Source: an uncultured Collinsella sp. (GTDB lineage: Bacteria; Actinomycetota; Coriobacteriia; Coriobacteriales; Coriobacteriaceae). Taken from it: a stretch of 64,000 bases of DNA. The stretch spans positions 15,858 through 79,857 of the forward strand of contig CALFDL010000227.1 of the NCBI GenBank assembly GCA_937950415.1, written 5' to 3'. The notes under the pieces are model-generated. The model saw nothing but the letters and a program-made list of their open reading frames with translations, ran no database searches and was not told the DNA's origin. A program made the position numbers and the translations under genes. Positions 57,882-64,000 of this stretch are shown in pieces. Position 1 is the first letter of the stretch, and each line of letters opens with the position of its first letter.

Positions 57882-57895
57882 GTAAGATTCTACCA
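57882..57895 (-). promoter_or_regulatory. TGGTAGAATCTTAC motif, copy 5
   Basis: Just after a terminator hairpin (about 57910-57931); heads the 57851-56353 operon. Confidence 0.75.
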
Positions 57896-57944
57896 TTCGA
57901 TACCGGAAAAGGGCACCTCGGTCGGGTGCCCTGTTTTTTCTTTC

Positions 57945-57968
57945 AAATTCGCAAGCGCTTGCGAATTT
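57945..57968. repeat. Dispersed palindrome, copy 4
   Basis: AAATTCGCAAGCGCTTGCGAATTT, 3 nt past the TAG of 57972..58922. Confidence 0.9.
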
Positions 57969-57971
57969 CAT

Positions 57972-58922
57972 CTAGTTCACGGTCACCGTTTCATCCCAGG
58001 CTTCCTTGACCACTTTCGCATCGTAGTGGTACCACGGATGGCCGGTTGACTTCTTGTGGCCTTCGATATCATCAGTGATATCCGCCCCGCATGTGTCGCA
58101 GATCGCGATCCTAATCGTCTCGGCGGGATGATGGATAGTCTTCGTGGTTGTCGGCGTTGAAGTAGAAGAGGGCTGTCCGTTGCCAGACGATGGAGCGGAA
58201 GCACCACGATTCATATCGGCAGAAGAATTTTCTGCCTGATTGTTCTGATTTTGACCGTCAGAAGAAGCGTCCTGGTTTTGCGAAGCCCCGTCTGCCGGAG
58301 TCGCTTCGGCATTATCTTCAGACTCACCGCTCTTGGCAGTCTTATCGACATGTTTGGCTAAAAAAGCGAAAGCTGACACCTTTTTCCCGTCACCTTTGAC
58401 GGTGAAACTGGTGCTTTTTGCTGGTTTATCATAACCGTCCGGTGCCGACTCAACGGTCAGCAAATACTTGCCTTTCGGTAGAGTACAGATCTTGACTTCG
58501 TCGTTGACTGCAACGGAAATATCTTTGACAACAATCTTTCCGTTCTTACCCTTTTCGGAAACCGAAACGGAAGCCTTAGAATCCTCAGCAGCTCCGTCAG
58601 CTGTCACCATGACGGAGACAGCACTCTTTTCAGTGGATTTTTTCTTCTTTGCATTCTCAGTCGAGGTCTCTTTCTTCTGGGTCTGCGTTTGTTCTTTCTT
58701 TATATCTGAGTCGTTACCTTTATTACTTGAAATGACAGTAAAAGCAGCAAATCCGCCAAGGAGCAGCACTAGAACGATTCCGATAGCGGCTGCAATAATG
58801 ATGAACTTCTTACGTCGATCATCCTCATCTACATAACTGTAATCAGATTGCACTTGAGAGGGTTTCAGAGTTTCGAGATTTCCCCACCAAGCTCCCTCAT
58901 GCTTATCATTTCCATCGTTCAT
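57972..58922 (-). CDS. Single-pass membrane protein with an Ig/Cna-like domain, linker and small Cys/His domain
   Basis: TM segment; LPKGKYLL....APDGY; HHPAET...CDTCG...H....GH; last gene of the tra operon. Confidence 0.7.
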   Translation of the reverse strand: MNDGNDKHEGAWWGNLETLKPSQVQSDYSYVDEDDRRKKFIIIAAAIGIVLVLLLGGFAAFTVISSNKGNDSDIKKEQTQTQKKETSTENAKKKKSTEKSAVSVMVTADGAAEDSKASVSVSEKGKNGKIVVKDISVAVNDEVKICTLPKGKYLLTVESAPDGYDKPAKSTSFTVKGDGKKVSAFAFLAKHVDKTAKSGESEDNAEATPADGASQNQDASSDGQNQNNQAENSSADMNRGASAPSSGNGQPSSTSTPTTTKTIHHPAETIRIAICDTCGADITDDIEGHKKSTGHPWYHYDAKVVKEAWDETVTVN

Positions 58923-58948
58923 GATGCTACACCTCCCTGGTTAATAAG

Positions 58949-59938
58949 TTATCCGCCAAAAACGTCACGCGCGATTGTGCCGGATTTAATTACGATTAGC
59001 ATCAGAGCAACAGATGCACATACAGAGCTCCACATATCGCCCTTGAAGCCGGATATTTCTCCTCCGCTAAAGCCTGAAAGCAGGTTTGGGAAAAGTCCCA
59101 TTGCAAAAAGAATAATTACGCCTGCAAGACATGTCGCTAAGAAGTTCTTGCAGAAAGATACTCCATAGTTTTTTGTTTCGTCGAATCCAAGTAGCGCAAA
59201 CGGAAGCGGTGAGAACGCAGCCATAACATATAGTTGCATTGCTCGCATATAACACATGACCGAAACCGAGCCCTTGATGATAATCGTGATCAAATCGAAT
59301 ATCATGCTCTGAACCCATATACCAATTACCGCTCCAAAACTCTCTTTACAAGAATCGGCTATTGTGACAGTTTTTAATTCATCAACGGTCGACTGATTGA
59401 TCTTACCAATCATTTCGTTAAATAGATCATATGCTCCAGCGCAGATCTTCAATGAGTTTTTGAGAAGCCAAATGAAGATCGTCGCATAGATAATTAAAAA
59501 GACAATGTCTTTAATTGCTGGTAAGGTAGCTGTTCCATCAATACGCTGTGATATTTTTATCAATTGTATCAACATCACAAGGCTTAGGATGGAAGCTGCT
59601 GTTGGCATGACGACTGACTTATTAACAAAGCTAACCGTGCTGTAAAAGGCGCCTGTTTTCTTGCCCAGAAGATTATTGAATGATTTTCCAAGAATCGATT
59701 TTGTAGAAGTAGTCTTGATATTTTGAAGACCATCATTGAAAAAGAACTCAGCTCCTTCAGCAAAACGATCGGTAATCCATCCACCTGGATCCGAAGCAAA
59801 GTCAACAACGCCGCCAATGATTGGGATATTTTTGACCCAATCGGAGTCGTCATCTGCAAGGGCTACTTTCGGAGCAACCAAAACAGCAACCAGAGGTAGA
59901 ACAAGGAGAAAAAGTACTATTTTTTTATTTTTAAACAT
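58949..59938 (-). CDS. VirB6/TrbL-like polytopic T4SS membrane protein
   Basis: Multiple TMs; RAMQLYVMAAFSPLPFA...ETK.YG.SF.K. Confidence 0.8.
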   Translation of the reverse strand: MFKNKKIVLFLLVLPLVAVLVAPKVALADDDSDWVKNIPIIGGVVDFASDPGGWITDRFAEGAEFFFNDGLQNIKTTSTKSILGKSFNNLLGKKTGAFYSTVSFVNKSVVMPTAASILSLVMLIQLIKISQRIDGTATLPAIKDIVFLIIYATIFIWLLKNSLKICAGAYDLFNEMIGKINQSTVDELKTVTIADSCKESFGAVIGIWVQSMIFDLITIIIKGSVSVMCYMRAMQLYVMAAFSPLPFALLGFDETKNYGVSFCKNFLATCLAGVIILFAMGLFPNLLSGFSGGEISGFKGDMWSSVCASVALMLIVIKSGTIARDVFGG

Positions 59939-59950
59939 AAAATTCCTCCT

Positions 59951-60790
59951 TTACATCAGTTCACATTGTTTTGTGCTCAGATGGTAAACCACAGTAATCC
60001 CCGTAAGCTGCTGGTCTTCCGTGTCTTTCAGGGAAAAATCAACCCTATATTCGTTAGCGTTGAAGTCGGCCGTAAGGATACCGTTGCACTCGGCTTCGAC
60101 CGCGGTCGGATAATAGAGAGCACATTGCTCGCGTAGAAAATCTTCAATGATGCTTCTCGAATCGCCAAGCAAAGCAGACATATCTTCACTAATGCCGTCG
60201 ATATCAAAAGTACCAGCGGCTTGAGTTCTTACATATTCCTCGTTCGTGCCGCTGTTTTTCACATCAATAGACATCTTGAAATATGTACCGTCATCGTTTT
60301 TATCGACGGTCAATACTCTGGTTTTATCATCGTCTGATTCATAGGCGCAATTGTACCTAGTGAGATTTTTCATCTCACCGACATCGACCTTTTCAGTTGA
60401 AAGGCCTTTGATGACAAAGGGCTTTTCAACTTTAGATGGATCAGCTTCCGGATCAGCGATAATGATTGACGAGTCTGTGAAATATAGCGTTCTTCCGGTG
60501 CCGCTGTAAGTTGCCCAGACATTAGAGGACAGCAAGGCAGAAAATTGCGCTGTTGCATCATCATATTCATCGATGGTTTTCTGTTGGTCTTTTTTCAGTT
60601 TTACTGAGCTGTTTTTGATCTGTTTTTCTTTTTCCTTTTTTTTCGCCTGTTGTTCTTGCTGTTCCTGAACTTTCATCGTAGACGTATAAGAACTGACACC
60701 GATGGAAACGACGCAGAAAATAGCGATTAGGATTGCAAGGATTTTCACGATTCCCTTATGGTCTGTTATTAAAACCCAGATGTCTCGCAT
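59951..60790 (-). CDS. Membrane-anchored conjugation-operon protein
   Basis: N-terminal TM followed by a coiled coil; lies between the hydrolase and VirB6-like genes. Confidence 0.65.
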   Translation of the reverse strand: MRDIWVLITDHKGIVKILAILIAIFCVVSIGVSSYTSTMKVQEQQEQQAKKKEKEKQIKNSSVKLKKDQQKTIDEYDDATAQFSALLSSNVWATYSGTGRTLYFTDSSIIIADPEADPSKVEKPFVIKGLSTEKVDVGEMKNLTRYNCAYESDDDKTRVLTVDKNDDGTYFKMSIDVKNSGTNEEYVRTQAAGTFDIDGISEDMSALLGDSRSIIEDFLREQCALYYPTAVEAECNGILTADFNANEYRVDFSLKDTEDQQLTGITVVYHLSTKQCELM

Positions 60791-60808
60791 GCTTTTATTC
60801 CTTTCCTT

Positions 60809-62524
60809 TTATTTAGATAGATCGACGCCGCCGAGCCATCCCCATTTACATCCAGTACCCTTTCCATAAAAACCGACAAATTCTTGAAGGCTCTTGATGG
60901 TAATAGCCCCCTCGTTGCTGATGACCTTATTATCGCCGATATAGATTCCGACATGCCCATAAAGACGACCCGCATCGCCTGTTCCAGGATGTGACACGTC
61001 AGCGATGATCATTCCAACTTTTAAATCCCGAACGTTAGTGCTGGTGCAGTAAGCGCGGCACATATCGCAAGCGTTTCCCCCAAAGTAACCGATACCGGCG
61101 CTCTGGAAGACGTTCGTGACCCAGTCAGCACACCATCCCTGTCCTGGGGACTTAGTTGTATTGGCGGCATTAACTACGTCTTTTTGCCTTCTGGTGGCTT
61201 TCTTTAAATCCTGACCGTTTCCGTCAATTCCGTTAGTTCCATTACTGGTTCCCAGTGCATCGTAGATACGCTGAGCCTGCGCCAAACGATTCGCGTCGGC
61301 CGCTTCGCTTTCTCCGCAGCGCTCAAACTGGCTTCTGAAAAGATAGACACATTGTTTGAGATCGGACTGGGCACAAAAAACCTTATACTTTGCTTTATTC
61401 CATCCCGAACACGATTCAGCGAATTCTTCCCAGAACCAGTCAAGTTGAACGGAAAGGTCGGACATATCTTTGCCTTTTTTCTTGGCAAGGTTTTCCAGAC
61501 CAGTCTTTCGTCCACCAAGCCACTGGCAGATTCCATAGGCCCCGGATGAACTGTTCAAAGCAGTAGGGTGACAGCCCGACTCTTGGAACATATTTCCCAT
61601 GATTGCAGCTATATGGGTGCGATCGACACCCTTGTCGATAAGGTATTGCGCTATCGTGGCCTCGTCACCAGTCAAAGAGCCCACGGATGCATTTTCGCCT
61701 TTACTTCCACCAGAAATAGTGCAAATGACGGCGATTATGATGATCACTGGAATAATAAGCACACCTATGGCGCCGAACAAGGCACCCAAAATTGCGCCGA
61801 TGCCATTTGCTGCCATGCGTACGCTCCAGTATGCATAAGAAAGAACGTTCTTTGCTGTATTGATGATTCCACCGCCGGTGGAAACAGATTGGTACGCGGC
61901 TGAACGCATATACCGATACATCTGCTGGTTGAACTTGTTGCCGGCGCCGGCGGTGAATCGTTTTCTCGAAAGGGCTTTAATTCGCGCGGTTGAGCGTTTT
62001 AGCATCTTCCAAGATTTACGGGTATTGCTGACGGCGCCTTTTGTAGAACTGACAGCCGCTTTGCTTAATCCTTTTGCTTCTTGATAAAGGTTGTCCACAT
62101 CCTCAAGTTCGGAATCCTTGATGGCGGCACGCTTTGCGGCTCGAAATCCTTCCTTGGCAGCTTTTTTCGTACCCTTCGCCAGATTACTTCCGGAACGTGA
62201 TTTTGTTCCGGAAAGATCGATATCCTCGCCGTTAAGCCCTGCTTTAAAAGCCTTAGCCGTTGTTTTTGCCGTGTCAACGGTGTCTTTCACAAGGTCAGAA
62301 CCGACACGCGCGGCACCTACAGATCCTTTTATAGCCGATTTGCCAGTTTGATACATCTTGTCGACATCACCGAGTTCAGTGCCGCCGATGACCATGTTTT
62401 TGGCAATTGCAGTGGCGGAGCCGACAAGACCAGTGTTGACTGCATTCGTTGTTTCGGTACCAACAAGAGAGCTTTGTCCAGCTCCTCTTGCAGAATCACC
62501 TGTGACGAAATCGTCTGCTCTCAT
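60809..62524 (-). CDS. Conjugative peptidoglycan hydrolase (phage-tail lysozyme plus CHAP/NlpC-P60), VirB1-like
   Basis: AAIMGNMFQES, GAYGICQW and FER lysozyme motifs; WCADWV and YGHVGIYIG amidase motifs. Confidence 0.88.
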   Translation of the reverse strand: MRADDFVTGDSARGAGQSSLVGTETTNAVNTGLVGSATAIAKNMVIGGTELGDVDKMYQTGKSAIKGSVGAARVGSDLVKDTVDTAKTTAKAFKAGLNGEDIDLSGTKSRSGSNLAKGTKKAAKEGFRAAKRAAIKDSELEDVDNLYQEAKGLSKAAVSSTKGAVSNTRKSWKMLKRSTARIKALSRKRFTAGAGNKFNQQMYRYMRSAAYQSVSTGGGIINTAKNVLSYAYWSVRMAANGIGAILGALFGAIGVLIIPVIIIIAVICTISGGSKGENASVGSLTGDEATIAQYLIDKGVDRTHIAAIMGNMFQESGCHPTALNSSSGAYGICQWLGGRKTGLENLAKKKGKDMSDLSVQLDWFWEEFAESCSGWNKAKYKVFCAQSDLKQCVYLFRSQFERCGESEAADANRLAQAQRIYDALGTSNGTNGIDGNGQDLKKATRRQKDVVNAANTTKSPGQGWCADWVTNVFQSAGIGYFGGNACDMCRAYCTSTNVRDLKVGMIIADVSHPGTGDAGRLYGHVGIYIGDNKVISNEGAITIKSLQEFVGFYGKGTGCKWGWLGGVDLSK

Positions 62525-62554
62525 CTTGTCAGCTCCTTTCCTTTTCAGCTAATT

Positions 62555-64000
62555 TTATCCAAGGCGGGATTTTTCGCGTGCTGCAAATTCCTGCATGCGC
62601 TTCTTGTCGGCAGCCTCATTCGGGTTCGTCGAGAAGAGGTCATAGAGTACGTTACCGGACGGGAATTTACCGCGAATCGGGACACGCGCACCGCCGGCGA
62701 TAAGCAAACCATCGCCCGGCTCGACAGATTCGTCGATGAACTCCTCCTCCTGTTCGGAAAGACCGAGCAGGCGTACCCATTCGGCACGGTCGAGCGGAGA
62801 CTGCTTGAGCAGAAGCAGGAAGTCGGAATTCAGGACAAGATTTTGTGCGGCCTTGTTCTTTAACATTGCCACGGCGTTCTGACTGATACCTGTCAGCAAA
62901 AGTCCGAATTTTCGGCCCTCATTCGAGAAGCGAGAGAAGTAGTTGAGCACCGTCGGGTAAGCGAACATGGACTGCATCTCCTCGACATACAGCCATGTAC
63001 GCACTCCGCGTTTCGCATTGAAGTACATACGATTACGAACTGCCTCGCAGACGTTGATTAGACCGAAGACGAGCATCGAGTCCGGCAAGTCCTTCAAATT
63101 GAAATCCACGATACGAGACTTGAAGTCGACGTTGCTCTGATGGTTAAAGAAGGACTGGGCACCTGTGACAAAACGCTCGTAACGCAGCGCGATGGTCTTT
63201 GCCTCAGGCTCAGGCTGTTCAAGCAGCTTGTTGTAGAAGTCTTCAAGGAGGGGCGGCTGTTCGCCGCGTTGACGCGCGTCGAAGAAAGCCTCCTGTACGC
63301 AACGCGTGATGATCGACTGGTCTTCCTCACCGAGATCACGGCCTGCTTCGGCGGCCGAAGCGCCTGCCTGGGCGAGCATGGCATCGATCTTGAAGGCAAG
63401 CTGGGCATCCGGGCTGAGGCTTTCGACGGAAACGGTATCGAACGGATTCAGATAGGTATCCGAATCGACTGCAAAGTTGTAAGTCACGCCGCCGTAGCGA
63501 CTTGAGATACCCGTATATTCGCCGGCACGGTCGATGATGTAGATTTCATCTGTCGGGTTGCTGAGAATCGTACCGGTCATCTCGGTCTTTACGGCCATGC
63601 CCTTGCCGCTACCGGTCTTGCCGCAAACAAAACCCATCGGTGATGCGAGGAGCTTGCGGTTACAGAAAATCAGGTTAGAAGAGTGCTTGTTCTGACCGTA
63701 ATAGTTGCCGCCCTTATCATCCAGTTCCATTGTTGCGAACGGCATGAGGATGGAGACTTCGGCAGTTGTGGACATACGGGAGATCTCGCAGTGGTTGTGA
63801 CCTAACGGCAAGATAGAGTTGAAACCTTGCCGCTGTCGGTATTCATAGGTGCTGACCTCGATGGAGTTTTGGCGGGCGGCGGAGATGATGGAAAGCACCT
63901 GGTTATCCAGTTGCTTCTTAGTCGGTGCGTATGTATAGAAAAGTCCCGTGAAAACATAAAGACGTTGGTTTTTGTTCTGAAGGTTATCGATGACGTCTTC
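62555..64000 (-). CDS. virB4: VirB4-like conjugative ATPase (5' part outside the window)
   Basis: GKTGSGKG Walker A, IIDRAGEY, YVEEMQ, RKFG and GDGL motifs; frame is open to base 64000. Confidence 0.92.
   Translation of the reverse strand, partial: EDVIDNLQNKNQRLYVFTGLFYTYAPTKKQLDNQVLSIISAARQNSIEVSTYEYRQRQGFNSILPLGHNHCEISRMSTTAEVSILMPFATMELDDKGGNYYGQNKHSSNLIFCNRKLLASPMGFVCGKTGSGKGMAVKTEMTGTILSNPTDEIYIIDRAGEYTGISSRYGGVTYNFAVDSDTYLNPFDTVSVESLSPDAQLAFKIDAMLAQAGASAAEAGRDLGEEDQSIITRCVQEAFFDARQRGEQPPLLEDFYNKLLEQPEPEAKTIALRYERFVTGAQSFFNHQSNVDFKSRIVDFNLKDLPDSMLVFGLINVCEAVRNRMYFNAKRGVRTWLYVEEMQSMFAYPTVLNYFSRFSNEGRKFGLLLTGISQNAVAMLKNKAAQNLVLNSDFLLLLKQSPLDRAEWVRLLGLSEQEEEFIDESVEPGDGLLIAGGARVPIRGKFPSGNVLYDLFSTNPNEAADKKRMQEFAAREKSRLG

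Noticed and set aside
57852..57971. N-terminal extension MKFASACEF of the DUF3846 ORF (also MKFASVCEF at 18092 and MTKSASVCQ at 25064)
   Set aside because: These are translations of the DNA palindrome, not a protein motif; the extensions cross terminator or promoter sequence.

Overview
The window is part of a large conjugative element (megaplasmid or ICE) of a Gram-positive, moderately GC-rich host. A Coriobacteriia/Collinsella-like host is my inference from protein style, not something the sequence shows. The right end holds the tail of a T4SS operon (VirB4, a lysozyme/NlpC-CHAP hydrolase, VirB6-like). The window also carries a Tad/Flp pilus cluster with a TAT-signal lectin-like adhesin, a sortase B plus a 2073-aa Cna/T-Q-ester adhesin, a type IA topoisomerase, ArdA and ArdC, two HipA/CtkA kinases, two Fic proteins, several orphan antitoxins and a previously unannotated type I TA locus. 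The main finding is that about 20 unrelated cargo proteins (ArdA, ArdC, a DEDDh exonuclease, a MuF-C/PBECR-like nuclease, DUF3846, DUF4313, one Fic, HipA kinases and many unknowns) end in the same amphipathic C-terminal motif, L-x2-K-x3-small-x3-[AS]-x2-L plus a charged tail. Most of them sit in five transcription units that each start with an identical 14-bp motif, TGGTAGAATCTTAC. I read this as a co-regulated repertoire of T4SS-translocated proteins with a shared export signal, next to a stand-alone fragment resembling the coupling-protein all-alpha domain. Other unexplained signals are a 22-28-bp palindrome at gene ends, a duplicated structured intergenic element, an A7 frameshift that removes the tail from one protein, and a prepilin peptidase fused to a helicase-associated domain. 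All family calls come from motif recognition by eye, with no database searches.
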